A stretch of DNA of 64,000 bases from Callorhinchus milii (lineage: Eukaryota). Where the stretch lies: contig NW_024704743.1 in the NCBI RefSeq assembly GCF_018977255.1, positions 53,384,001 to 53,448,000 of the forward strand. The letters run 5' to 3'. Positions 26,988 to 41,087 of the stretch are shown here, piece after piece. Made by a program: the position numbers and the translations under genes. The notes beneath the pieces were generated by a model. That model had not been told where the DNA came from. It saw only the letters and a program-made list of their open reading frames with translations, and made no database searches. Position 1 is the stretch's first letter. Each line of letters opens with the position of its first letter.

Positions 26988-27758
26988 CAATAGAAACCTG
27001 GTTTGTGGTCACCTCAAGTAATCCAGCCACCTCACAATTGCGGGCACATTTTTAGTCTCTTTCATTATCAATGTTAAATAGACAGCCTCTGTCTGCTTCA
27101 GTACAACGGTCATTGATCGTGGCCATTACAGCGCCCTCCTCTGGTACAAAAAGCCCCTCAGCTACTAACTAGCGCGCTATAGGCCTTGGGCTTCTCGCGT
27201 TGTTTCCTCGACACTGCTGCTGTGGGTGGAATGGGCTCTGGTCACGCTTGCGCGGGCAGAAGTGTTGGGATCGCGGCTGCGTGAGCGGGAAATCGACTTC
27301 GCCCAGCGTCCATGACCTAACCTGAGCTCTTGCAGCCAATTCCTGGTAAGTGCTATATTCAGAGCACATGGTTAGTGTGTGCATTGTTTGTTTTGATTCA
27401 GTGATTGTTGGTAAGAGCTGTAAATATGTCACCACAGAGGGAGTTGTCCTTACGTGAGAGAGTGGACTTAACCAAAAACAGTGAGGGCAAAAGTCACAGA
27501 CAGTTGGCTGTAGTCTATGGCATTGGCAGAACATTCTCAAAAGGAAGGCTGAATACATGACAGCTTTTGTTTCAAATGTAACAATGCCTTTATTGCAAAG
27601 TATGGTTGTTGAATGTTCATCATCCTTGTCCATTATCAATGCCCTTAACATTACATCAGTGACCTGAATCACCCAACCTGTTTCAGTAGTCAGGTCACCT
27701 CACTAAGTAGGTCGCGTTTGCCCAGTCCCTTGAGTAACCGATTAGTGAGGTTCTACTG
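26988..27758. mobile_element. pogo/Tigger-like DNA transposon relic
   Basis: TA on both sides; left caatagaaacct vs right-end reverse complement cagtagaacct; subterminal ggtcacctc repeats near both ends. Confidence 0.6.
27129..27145 (-). promoter_or_regulatory. CTCF-like motif
   Basis: Reverse complement ACCAGAGGAGGGCGCTG, close to the CTCF core CCASYAGRKGGCRS; lies in a CpG-rich patch. Confidence 0.55.
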
Positions 27759-28799
27759 TACATGCTGCTCTGTAATTGTGGCTTTGTTTGAACCCTACTT
27801 CCTTGAAGGATTGGATCAGTGCCCTTGTACATGGCTTGAAAGGCCCATCACTGCCATAGGAGTTCTATAAGACATGGAGTTGTAATTTTGGGAATGAAAT
27901 TGCTTCTAGATGTGGGGTGGATAGCTGGGTTTATTGGCTATTTTACATTAGCTTTGCTTTGGGCAGGGAAAAACCCTGTGGTTTTAGCATTGTGTGCATG
28001 CACCCCACAGCATATTTACTCCAGTTCTTTGTGGTTGAGTTTTATTGTACTTTATTGCGAATACCTTGTTTATTACTTGTATAATATAGTCCTGTTGCTG
28101 TGGGTTGATTTTGATATTTAAAATTGCGTCTGTCCTGAAGTAGAATTATTGGAAGAGTTTATTGACTTTCAGCACTTCTCAAAGCTTGCCTGTATGGTTT
28201 ATGCAAACTATAGTGAGACTTTAAAACAACTTGTTGCAGTAAGTGAGAGGTAAGAAAGAATTGTGATGCAACTACTGGGTTGAGCTGATTGCACTTCAGA
28301 TGATGCCCCGTTCTAGTGCTTTATTTCTGTCAAATGATTACTGCGAAATACTGTCTTATCTGTCATCTTGTTTTAAACCTGTCCAAAGACATTAACTTTT
28401 CAGTGATCAAAGTTTCTTCTTCACATGCTAAAATGTAGGTGAGCAATTTGAAGTGTTACTTTGAATCCAGAATAATATAGGTGCATTTATCCTGTTACAA
28501 AGTTATTTCATACTTTCCCTTTTCCCCGATTGTAACTCCTAAAAACAAATACAAAATTAGACCAACTGTAAGCAGCCTAGTTCTAAGCAGAAATAGGTTC
28601 TATGAAGCTGATTGTGGTGTAAGATGGTCAAAGGTTGTGGATTCAAATCCCAGTTGGTCTACTTTGCCCTTTCACCTTTTTAAGGTTAACCACACGAGGA
28701 CCCTGCCTAATATATTAAGATACTTGCCCGTGACTAACATTAAAAACAATTACCTTAGGTGAGTGAGGTATCACCTGTGATTTGTATTGCATCTGAAGA

Positions 28800-28955
28800 G
28801 GGAAAATGGGACATTTTAAAAATAATTGAACAATCACAAGCAGAGGAATAGTATTGGAGGGTACAGGGAAATGGCTTCTTAGAGGAGCATACATTGACAT
28901 GACAAAATGGGCCAAAAGGCCTTCTGGTATGTTATACATCTCTGTGATTCTGTAG
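28800..28955 (+). mobile_element. CR1-type LINE 3' remnant
   Basis: gggtacagggaaatggc...atgggccaaaaggccttct..tctgtgattctgt resembles CR1 3' ends; similar remnants near 21560-21720, 24680-25030 and 53860-54330. Confidence 0.5.
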
Positions 28956-29067
28956 ATTTGAAGTCAGACAGGTCTGTAGTAATCCAAGGATTGTTGATGG
29001 TTGATCAACTTTACAAGCCAATGTAGGTAGAGTGGTCTAGTTGGACAAATTGTGGATTGTGTTTAGT

Positions 29068-29389
29068 GGAGTCCTGTAGCTCAGTGGTTAGAGCACTCGC
29101 TTTGCAAGTGAGACACCTGGGTTCAATTCCAGGCAGAGGGCGAAACCTTGGGCAAGTTTCCTTACTCCACACGCCTACTAATAATCCCTCCAAAAAAACA
29201 AAACAATAATAAATTGGTCATTTTCAATCCACGACTGTTTGTGGGACATGCTGTGCGCAATTGGCTGCCGCATTTTGCCCACAAATATACATACAGTCAA
29301 TTCACTTTACAACATATTCTGTTAAGCACTTTGAAACGTCTAGAAGACGTGAAAAGCGCTATATCAAATGCAAGGATTATTATTATTAT
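29068..29389 (+). mobile_element. Young tRNA-derived SINE (tRNA-Ala-like head, Deu-like body, L2-type tail, (TTA)n)
   Basis: A box tagctcagtgg, B box ggttcaattcc, TTGCA loop; ctgtttgtgggac..gctgtgcgcaattggctgcc; tail gcgctatatcaaatgcaaggattattatt. Confidence 0.9.
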
Positions 29390-29803
29390 ATTAATGTTAG
29401 TTGTAGAAAGCACATCATGCAATTTATTCCTTCAGTGCTTTCGGAATGGTTGCTATTGTTCCTTACAATATATCTCTACTGAAAAATTCTCTACCATATG
29501 ATTGTATAAAGACCAATATGAAAAACTAACAAATGTTTGTGGAGTTCAGTTAAATGGACTTGTTTTTCTCAGTAGAGTAAAAGGTTAAGGATTCTTACCA
29601 AGTCCTGTGCTTGCTTCAATTCTAAATTATACAATTTGTTTGATATCTATGTATTTCATGCTACACTCAAGGCTAATAAATATAAAACATGCTTTTGCTC
29701 TTAACTTGTTAATATTGAAACATTATAGTTTTGCTCTTAACTTTGTTTAAACTATCAAATTGTCAATTATGCATTTACATGCCATACATTTTTCTCTTTC
29801 TAG

Positions 29804-29855
29804 GTCTTGGATAGTTTGTTAGCCCAGTATGGTTCAGTGGAGAATTGCGAACAAG
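29804..29855 (+). CDS. IGF2BP3: IGF2BP3 exon 4 (RRM2), VLDSLLAQYGSVENCEQ
   Basis: Acceptor tttctctttctag, donor AAG|gtgtgt; 52 nt; in frame with exon 3. Confidence 0.95.
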
Positions 29856-29945
29856 GTGTGTAGTTAAAAAGTCTGGTTTGTTTTTATAAGATGTCTCTTG
29901 TAGCTTTATTGATATTTCTTTAACTCCACACTTTTTGTTCTGCAG

Positions 29946-30009
29946 TTAACACAGATACAGAGACTGCAGTAGTGAATGTTACGTATTCTACCAAGGAACA
30001 TGCAAGACA
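29946..30009 (+). CDS. IGF2BP3: IGF2BP3 exon 5 (RRM2), VNTDTETAVVNVTYSTKEHARQ
   Basis: Acceptor ttgttctgcag, donor CA|gtgagt; 64 nt; follows a 90-nt intron. Confidence 0.95.
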
Positions 30010-31963
30010 GTGAGTATTACATCCACTGGCTTTAATAATCTTCTATTTTTAATTTGACTTTAATCACAAGATGTGGAAATGTACATGATTGCTTACTTCA
30101 TTTGGGAGTATTATATACATCATCCTTATCCTGTTTTCCCTCCCCGATTGGGCTTGGTGATGATTGTCTGTCCTCTGCATATCTCTGCGGTGATGAATGT
30201 GCTTATTTGCTGTAGATGGCTCAACAGAATGAAATTCCAGCCTGCAGTACAATGTTCCCTGATCACATCTTTTCGAAGACTATTTGACAGGTGGTAGCTT
30301 ACCTGGTCTCATCCTTTCAGTGCAATTTCTTTTGTACCAATTATCTTTCAACGATTGTTTACTTTTAGCTTCTTTTTATCATTTTCAAAAATACTAGAAT
30401 GAGCTAATTCATATCAATCATCTGCATAACTTGCACAGGAGCATAATTGCAATGGGACAAAATGGGCAATTTTCTTTTGTTTCTTTGCTAAGGTGGAATC
30501 TTACCCAGTAACTTATGCAAGTGTTGGATGCTATTGAATTTGGATTTCCTCGGTAGCTTAGGAGTTTGATACAATTGGATATCACAACTTCTTGTGGGAT
30601 GGAAGAAAGAATGGTTTAAGATTTTGATCATAGTGGTCTCACCATAATTAAATCAGCACAAGGTTATTTCTTGAATGAGGATCTCGTGACTCCGATCAGC
30701 AGACCCTCCAGTCCAAGTTATAGGGAGAGAGGCACACGGCATCCAGCCCACTTTACACTGTGAGATCCTCCAACCCGTGAGTGCACTTAGCAAGTACTGA
30801 TTGAACAAACAGTGTTTCGTATAAACTGGCTATGTTGTGGCCATTTGGGACACCCCACCCATAATTGGGTTTTGTTCCAAAAAGCTCAAAATGGGTCACA
30901 ACTTCTATTGAATCATTCTGAGCTTTTTGGAACAAAAGCCGATCAACTTTCAATAGAAGGAGTTTAAGATTGTAATGCTGTATCTTTGAACATTATTTGA
31001 CTCAACAGAAATTTTGAAGGACTAGACTTTAGTGCCAGGGGCCAGGGTGACTTTAGACTTGAAATTGTCAGACTTCCACTTAATATCTCTTAGTGGTGAG
31101 AAAGGAAACCACCAATTCTAAATGATGAGATTTTTGTTACACTTTTTTGATCGATCAACATATTTGTTAAACTGCCTCGTTTGAATGTTTCGTTCGCATC
31201 CCAGCATAACTTTTTAAAATGCATTTGTGTAGGCAATCCTGCCCTCTCGTGGTTAAAAATTGTAAGAGCCAACTTTAGCTAGTTTCACAAATTCACAATT
31301 GGTTCAGATAATTCAGGAAGCTCCTTCAGCCCATTTGATCTCAACCATCTAGAATGCAACCACTACATATAACAAGCTGAGCCTTAAATGAGTCTAGCAT
31401 CCCCTCTACAACTGGCTCTGCCAGTCTCTACTGAACATACTGTATCCACTTCTAACTCAAGCAGTAAATTAACCCATAAGAGGGCAAAATATCAATGTTG
31501 TCCTCCTAGAAGTAGTCCAGTTAGAGTTTGTCAAATACAAGCATGGTTCCTGTATCTGTTGGACACAAATACGTTGTACAGAATTCTAAATCTGTTATCC
31601 TGCCCTAAAGTGGTTGTCACGAGTCCGAACACTGTAAATGCATTGTAAGCATTTAACGTGCAGATTTTTGATAACTATAGTATGATACATTGCAAAGGAT
31701 TATTTGACCTAATATTTTGCTAAATTTGCAATATTAAATATACTAATAAAATGTTGCACTAAATGACAGCAATGAAATACAAATTGCAACACATCTTTCG
31801 GAAAGCACAGCTTAGGATGAAAACCAATGGTATCTGTTATAGAAGACTAGACATTAAAATAACGGTACAATGGCTCAGTACACTGAGACAACCATTGCAG
31901 AGTTAATTTAATGTCCGGTACGCAGAGATAATTGGCCAATAAAAATATCTGGATCTGAACAAT

Positions 31964-32278
31964 ATAATAATAATAATCCTTGCATTTGATATAGCGCTTT
32001 TCACGTCTTCTAGATGTCTCAAAGTGCTTCACAGAATATGCTGTAAAGTGAATTGACTGTATATTTGTGGGCGAAATGCAGCAGCCAATTGCGCACAGCA
32101 GTGTCCCACAAACAGTCATGGATTGAAAATTACCAATTTATTATTGTTTTTTGTTTTGGAGGGATTATTATTAGGTGTGTGTAGTAAGGAAACTTGCCCA
32201 AGGTTTCGCCCTGCCTGGAATTGAACCCAGGTGTCTTGCTTGCAAGGCGAGTGCTCTAACCACTGAGCTAAGGACTCC
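31964..32278 (-). mobile_element. Same SINE family, reverse orientation
   Basis: Near reverse complement of 29068-29389, with the same internal deletion variant. Confidence 0.9.
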
Positions 32279-32626
32279 AATATTAATATTATATTTTATA
32301 TGTTCATGAGTCTTCAGAAGTAAGTGTTTGTAGGTCACTCAACAGTAGGGGGTGTCACAACCAATCCTGGCTCTCCTCCTCACCAGGCTGGCACCAGGCA
32401 CACTACCAATAGAGGGTGCTGTAAAGGGAACCTTGCCTGCTTTTCACCTTCATAACCACAACAGGCTGGGACCAATTTAGACTCCCCAAGCAGCTCCAGC
32501 TGAAACCAGCAAGCTCAAGCTGGGCCAAGATTCAAACCAACAAGCTTCCCATCTGTAAGCTGAAGTTCTATCCACTACACCATTCACTCTTATCCACTGA
32601 CCCCCGCCTCCCCATGCAAAGCCTAG

Positions 32627-33007
<381 letters not shown>

Positions 33008-33143
33008 TGAGCATAGTTGTTTTTACTTGATAGTGAAGGCGGGAATGTGGCAGGGTATTGCAGACAAATGCTGGGATAAAGGAAGTACGAGTTCATATCT
33101 AACTTAAGAGTTCATGAATGCATGTCAACCGTAGTCATTTTTT

Positions 33144-33144
33144 N
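33144..33144. other. Ambiguous base (n), possible assembly join
   Basis: Single n after a T run. Confidence 0.95.
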
Positions 33145-33419
33145 ATGTGGACCCAGGAATTCCAATCCATATTTATAGGATTTGTTTTCCTTTTCAGACA
33201 TTCACAAAAGACACCCACCTCATAACAAGAGCTTGACTGGCATTAAAATAGCACTTGGGGCATTAACCTACCGTGTCAAAGTTCTTGACCTAACTAAGGG
33301 AAGAGCACGCATAACAGAAAGAAGTCTAAACTCCAATATGAGGACCTAAAAATAAACGAAATAATATGTGTATCCCTTACCCAATACTTGAAGTTTCGAT
33401 CTTTACATCAATAATCTTT

Positions 33420-33846
33420 TCAGCCTGGCTCAGTAAGTATCACTGTCATCTCTTGAATCAGAGGGTTATGGGTTCAAGCCTCATGGCTGAACTTTGAATT
33501 CATATAGTCTAGGCTGAAGCTCCAATCCAGTGCTGGGAGAGCGCTGCATTGTCCTTGGCTGAGACATTAAACCGAGGTTCCATCTGCCTGGTCAGGTGGA
33601 TCTTAAAGATCCCATGGCACTATTGAAGAAGAGAAGGGAGTTTCTCCCTTTGTCCTGGGCAACAATCACCCAGATAAAAAGTGACATTCATTTCATGGCG
33701 GTTTGTTGGGCATTCTTGTCCACAAATTAGTTGCCACATTCATCTACAAAATAGTCATTATGCATTACATTAAATCCTGTGCAATGCTTTGAGACATCGT
33801 CCTGATGTGAAAGGCTCAATATCAAAAGCAAGGATGATTATTATTG
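33420..33846 (+). mobile_element. Older Deu-domain SINE (SacSINE1/AmnSINE1-like)
   Basis: cagcctggctcagt head; gctgcattgtc..gagacattaaaccgagg..aaagatcccatggcactattgaagaagag; L2-type tail. Confidence 0.8.
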
Positions 33847-35147
33847 TGAAAGCTTCTAAGATCAAAATCTCAAACCTCAGAGATAGAATTGTTCCGGATC
33901 AGAAGCCAGAACACCCTTCATGTTTTGTGGGCTGTTCACTAAGAACCAATCGAGACTCACCTGACGTTTCGCTATTCTTTTTCCTTTTACTGAAAGCTTG
34001 AAGCTTTCTTTATCAGTGTTGCCCCTCCATTCAGTTTAGAAATTTCCAAAAAATTTGGTTACTTGGCTACACTCATCGGATAGCAAAGAAGGTAAACAAA
34101 GGTTTATCTTGCAACCAGTTTGAACTTTGCTATGTTAACAGAGCCAGGTGTGGTGGCTGATAGATAGATAAACAAATTAGCAGAATCTGCTTTATCACAG
34201 TTATTATTTACAGTATTTATCACTGAACTATTAAGCAAACAATAATCAACTCAACAATAAGGCTATTAAGACTTGAGAAAACCTTTGGGTTTTTTGGTGG
34301 GGAGGGGCGAGTCATTTTCAGAACTGAATCTGAAAGTGACATTGGTGAAACTATTTGTTTTTTTCCTCTGTATCTTCTAAAATGTGAAGTTGCTTATATG
34401 TGGATAACTGAGTGTTTTGAAGCCCCAAATATCTTGGGGTTAATCCTTTTTAAAACTGTGTACCGATGTAGATTGAGAATAGCTTCTAAGTGTTTAAGTT
34501 TAAAACTATAGAACTTTGCAGCTTCATATGAATTAAAATGTTTGTTTGATTCTAAGATGCTTTGTGGTTTCTCTCTTCCTCACTAGAATGCTTCATTTTG
34601 CACTTTCCTAATGTAATTCCCTTAGTTCTTACAAGCTACCTATAGGGTTTGAGAAAGGGATGCAGTCTCCAATGGAAAGAAGACTTGAATTGCTCATTCC
34701 TCCTCTGATGCTCAGTAATGAAATGGTATAGAATCTGAATCTTCAGTGCACTGAACAATCTGATGGCAAGATTCATGTATGTTCTGATTTCCACATGGCG
34801 AGGCCTTGGATTATAACCATACTGTCAAGTTGATTCAGGCTTTTTTCTCTCACATGGATGGAAAATTGATGAGCGCATTCCTGCTGCCCTGCTTCTCTCA
34901 GGAGCTGATCTATATTCTGAGTTTGGAGAGTTGGTTTCTAGCCCATTGTTACTGAAGAAAGTGCCCGACACAAAAAGAGCCGATTGGAATTGGGGAGGAG
35001 GTTGTGGTACTTCCCCCTTTCCCTATTCTTACCCTCCCCCTGCCAGCCCAACTTAGAAATGGATTGCATGTTTAAGATGTGTTGAAACTCTGCCATTTGA
35101 ACAGACCTACACAGACTCAGTATTATTCTCTTGGTTCTTGTTACTAA

Positions 35148-35309
<162 letters not shown>

Positions 35310-36165
35310 TAAGTAAATGGTGCAACTGATGTGTTCAGAACCCTAAACATGAGACAATTTAGTTGGAACCCAGAAAGCAATTGCATTCATTCCTTTACTA
35401 ATGTTGGCCTCAATTTTGATTCCAATAGTTTATTTCATTGTAGTTCTTTTTCTTCCCCCTCCCCAATTATTTTTCTTAGATTATGAAGGCAATGCCCTGT
35501 GCTGAGGTATGCAGTTTCACAGATATGAGTATGACTCCAATAGATTTCTCAAGTGTATTCCTCTTATGCGTTTTTGACAGCCTAACTATTGGTTGGTGGT
35601 GGTGGGAGGCGGAAGAGAGGAAAGGTGGGAAATCAACTGATCTTATCAACTATTGCCCACTTATGACCAATAAATATTTTTGGGGTTCATCTGGTGTCTT
35701 ACACATTTTACCATATTAAGATATCCAAATCAGTGTTCCACATGTGTATGGTACCTACACATGGAAACTCCCCTGTGTCTGGAATGGAATGTGTACTTTC
35801 TCCCAGGAGAGACGTGCTCTCCCTACCTCTTCCAGAGAGCATTAGATGCAGGTTGGGAAGAGCCATGACTTGGGGACTCCAGAGTGTGTGTTGGTGTACT
35901 GCTGGAGTCTAATGAGCTAGAAGTGGGTATACTGGCTCTTCTAAATTGTTTTCCTAATGCATTGCCTGGGCAAACTGAAGACGATTGTAGCAACTCCCTT
36001 TTGCTAACACAGGTGAGATCAGATAATGCAGCTGAGATTGGAGTTAAACCTGGGACCTTCCTGGTCCATATGGCCCTGTGCCATTGGGGAAGGTCTTTTC
36101 CTGGCAGTCTTACATGTTTCATTCTTCCCCAATGTGTGCATGCTGAGAATATTATCAATGTGTGC

Positions 36166-36585
36166 CAGCCTGGCTCAGTGGTAGTACTCGCCTCTGAGTC
36201 AGAAAGTTGTGGGTTCAAGTCCCATAATGGGTCTTGAAATCACATAGTTTAAGATGACACTCCAATGTGGGTGTCTTGCATTGTTGGAGGTGCTGTCCTT
36301 CAGATGAGATGTTTAGACCGAGATCCCACCTGCCTATTCAGATGGATGTTAAAGATCCCATGACAGTATCGAAAAAGAGAAGGGAGTTTCTCCTGGGGTC
36401 AACAAACCCCAAAATAAAATTGGTCATTCACTTCATGGCTGTTTGTGGGACATTCCTGTGCCAAATTGGCTCTGGGGTTTGCCCACAAATACAGTCACTC
36501 CGCTTCACAGTAAATCCTGTGAAGCGCTTTTGGCCATCCTCCCAACGTGAAAGGCACTATTCCAAATGCCAGGATTATTATAATT
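36166..36585 (+). mobile_element. Older Deu-domain SINE
   Basis: Same architecture as 33420-33846. Confidence 0.8.
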
Positions 36586-36630
36586 TTAATGTTAGTTAAC
36601 TATAGTTATTAACATTTGATATTAATTTGA

Positions 36631-36822
<192 letters not shown>

Positions 36823-36861
36823 TAAGTTTGAATGTATGGTGTTCAGTTTTTTGGTGTTTGA

Positions 36862-37074
<213 letters not shown>

Positions 37075-39259
37075 TAAGTACAGGACTTGATGGTGTGTGT
37101 CTGTCAGAGCCACAGCAACAACATTGAGTAACTTTGTGTTTGTGCATGTGTGTGGGAGGGCGGGGAGAAGCAGTTGGATTCCATTAATGATACGGTGGTT
37201 GGGGGTCTATAAAATAAGACTCCATGTTATAAGTGGGCTCCCCTTCCAAAGAAGCTGAAGCAAATAGTCTCACCATCTGTGATTACATTTCAAAGTTAAT
37301 GGTGGTACTGGATAGAACTGAATGCTCCAGCATTAAACACATTTTTTGAGAGTTGAGATGATGGAAACCACAAATTAATTTCAATCATTTCCTAAGTATG
37401 GATATCTTCATCAAGAGCAAGAAATGTGATTAATCCTCAATTTTTCCATTCTGTTGAGAATTTAGCAACCTAATACAGTTGGACCCTGTTATTTCACGCT
37501 TCAGTGTACCATGGGGCGTATACAATGTGGGGTATGATCGTCCTGGGGTATACAAAAGTGCAGTACATGTCAGGTGTTGACTGACCAACTTCCTGATCCT
37601 AGTGTGTAGGTGCAGAAAAAGCAAAAGGCTCCATAGTGTTTCAAATATGAAGTAGACCAACTAAAATGATTCAAGGTTATTAGGTTTAGAGGTTAATACA
37701 GCAAATCAATCTAGGATTCAATTGGATGAATATATTGGATGGGCTAATAGTGTACTGCTTATCCTGAAGTTACAATATTGCTGGGTCATTTACTGCAGGC
37801 AGATGTTCACAGATTAATGGTGGGCTTCTGCACGATTTCTACAAGAAGCAGTATTGATGTCACTTTGCATAGAAAGTGAAGTCAGCATTTAGGGCGCAGG
37901 AAGTGATGGTGACCTGACTATCTAGAAGTTGGGCTTTTTATTGTGTGCAACCGGTGTCATGGGCCCAACACACAGGAAGTTATATCGTTGTGACTGAATG
38001 ACCATTTTCCCACCTTTAGTTATACACAAAGGGCCTGAGACATTGGACCCAGATGACCGTGCTATAATGGGTTTGTTCTATGTCATAAAACCTATTGTGA
38101 CTTTTGGTCTCAAAAGTATCCTAATTGATACGTCTGCTTTGTGGTGCAGGGAACCTTTGTACTGTTAAGTTTTTGAGTTAATAGTGCACATTAACCTTTT
38201 TGTATTGGTCTAAATCGAGGCCACACAGATGGGGTAAGAAGTTTCTTTGATGTTTAACTGTGTTTGAACTTTGTCAACCCCAATAAACATTCCACAGTGC
38301 AAAATTGGCAATTCAGAACTAATTGGCCAATTTTCCTCCAGTCGTAAAGGTTTTATGATGTGGAAAATAGTAATATCCTGTTGTTGTGGTCAATTGTGCC
38401 AATATCATGACTGGAAGACCAATGTTTGAAGATTGTTTTGGTGACAAATCCTGTCTATACTCTTCTCCCCACCCCCAAATCATGGCCAGACCTATGTGAG
38501 GTATACAACTAATGGCAGAGAAATAAACTTTCCAGGTTTAGACCTTTAATCTAACCAAAGTAACCTTTAATGGCTATCCACAAAACAGCATTAAACATGC
38601 AGGGAAAACCAAGGATGATTTTTTACCTGCTCTTTCTACAGACCACACAATGAATGATGAAATCCACCAGTGAACCTTATTTCCTGGGGCAATGTTCTGC
38701 ACGGCTGCTCTCTGATATACCAATGGAATTTGAGAAACTCCTCCAGAATATTCACCCACGCCATTATCCACACCATTAATCCTGACCTTCCTGTTTGATA
38801 TTCTTCCTCTTGTCTCTCAAGCAAGCCCCGGCTCAAAAGCACTTACATTTTTATCAGCATATTTGATATGTCTATCTTTTCATGTAACTACCCAAAACTG
38901 TTTAACCAGATAACTCATTTGACACAACAACAAACAACAAATTACATTTGTCAAGTGCCTTTCATGTCGGGAGGACGTCCCATGACACAGTAGCATCAAT
39001 GGAGTTTTTGGGGAATCTGTTCCACAACTATTGGAGAAAGTAATTTTTAATCTCATCTTTAATTTAAACAACTATCCAAGTCTGCACATACATTCTTAGC
39101 CAAATGGCCATCTAGATCTTTGCCTCTGAGAAATTTAAAGACTTAGATCATTGATCTTCTCCTGTCTACTTCAGTGAGAACTTCAGTTCTGTGAGTCTTT
39201 CTCATAATTTGAAATCTTAGGTCATGAAATGATCGTCACTTTTATCTAAAAGCTCTACA

Positions 39260-39420
39260 ATGACAAAAAAATTACATTTATAGAGTGCCTTTCACGTCAG
39301 GAGGACGTCCAAAAGCCCTGAACAGTCAGGTGTCGGGGTCCGACATGGGGGAGGGGTGGCGTAGGGTTGAGGGAAGGCAGAGAGGTGGAAGGATGACCAA
39401 AGGTACGATCGAAGAGATGT
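39260..39420 (-). mobile_element. L2 3' fragment
   Basis: gtgcctttcacgtcaggaggacgtcc tail nearly identical to the 44.55 kb copy. Confidence 0.7.
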
Positions 39421-40211
39421 AATGCTGCGTTCATCAACTCCCATCAAAAAAACAATAGAGAAGTATCTGCTGGAGAACTCTATTGAAAGATGTAGGGATC
39501 AATGAGATGAACAGCAACGTGTACTTATAGGCCCTCTACACAGGGTAGTGTTTCAGAGCACTTGAACAAATTCTTTCTGTGCTGCCAGGACTTAGGAGGG
39601 TGACATGGGGAGAATGTCATCTGAGAAGAGGAGGAAATCTGCTATGAATAGTTGAGATATGGGGATAGGAAATATTCTACAGATTTTGCTCAATTGTATC
39701 AATTTCTGAGTGTATTTTGGTGCCTAGTCCCATCTATTTTTAAATCCCACCTTAAAATCTGCCTCTTTGACCTCCCTATTGTCACCTCCCTCTTCTTCCT
39801 CCTTGCTCATCAACCAACCCGGCTACTGTGAAGCACCTCAAGACTTCATCCTATGTGAAGGATGCAATATAAGTGCAAGTTGTTGCTGTTGCATTTTTTA
39901 TATAAAAATATCTAACCAGAATCTCCGGATTTCAAGTAGATTTATTTTGACTTGCTTCAGTTGAACCTAATATTTGACCAACTTTATTGGTACGTGATCA
40001 GATTTCATTGAATTACAAGAAGCTGAGAAGATAACCATTGTTATTGTGTTAACTCAATTCTATCCAAGCCTGAGGGCTGTAGAACCATTAGAAATTCACA
40101 GCACAGAAGAAGCCCATCTTGCCCATGTACACAGGGAAAAGTTATTGCATAAATTTCTTGTCAAAATACTGTAAAACTTCCCAAAATGGAGAGCCATGTT
40201 TATGGTGTTAA

Positions 40212-40349
<138 letters not shown>

Positions 40350-40442
40350 TAAGTTCAGATCTATAGTACTGTGGGTGCTGTATTCATATTGTTGATACAG
40401 GGTATTTTAAACTGAGCGAAAAATGCTTTCATATAATACGTT

Positions 40443-40790
40443 TCAGCTTTGCTTAGTTATCGCTCTTGCTGCTGGGGCAGAAGGCTGTGGGTCAAGCCCC
40501 ATGCCAGGACTTTAAGTTTGTGGTCTAAGATGACACTCCAGTGTCATTGCAGGGGAATGCTGCATTGTCAGAGATGCTGTCTTTTGAATGAGACATTTAA
40601 GTCCTGTCTGTTCAGATGGATGTTAATCATCCCAAAAACAGATGGAATTTTCTTCCCATTTCTAGGCCAGCATTTCTCTAGAGTCTAGATTAATCAATCA
40701 TTCATCTTGGAGCTGTTTGTGCAGTATTGCCTTATACAAATTGGTTTCTGTGTTTCCCTACAAAAAGTCACTACAATTGACAGAAATTAA
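40443..40790 (+). mobile_element. Deu-SINE remnant
   Basis: gctgcattgtcagagatgctgtcttttgaatgagac; gctgtttgtg. Confidence 0.6.
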
Positions 40791-41087
40791 CTGAGATGTT
40801 AAAATGTTATAGGTGTGACATTACATGGTATGATTATTATGTTATGATATGCACTGAGTTTTAGTGGTAGGGTTCAGACAATGTGCTAATTGTTGTTGGA
40901 TCTTTCTTGGTAAAGAGAATATTGGCTTCTTGGTTTCCATTACTTGCAGGTAGGTTTGCCTTGTGGTATTAAGTGAAATACGATTTTCTAGTTTAAAATA
41001 ACAGTACAAATAATTGTATTCAATTCCTTAAATGTTCAAATGAAATGATTGAATCAGATTTAACCTTTCACAACACTATATAACATG

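Noticed and set aside
27169..27672. 167-aa minus-strand ORF in the transposon relic
   Set aside because: No transposase (HTH/DDE) or other recognisable motif; non-ATG start.
29068..29140. tRNA-Ala(TGC)-like sequence (also at 32210-32278, 49831, 51415, 58769)
   Set aside because: No proper acceptor stem, and it continues into a repeated body and LINE-like tail; these are SINE heads, not tRNA genes.
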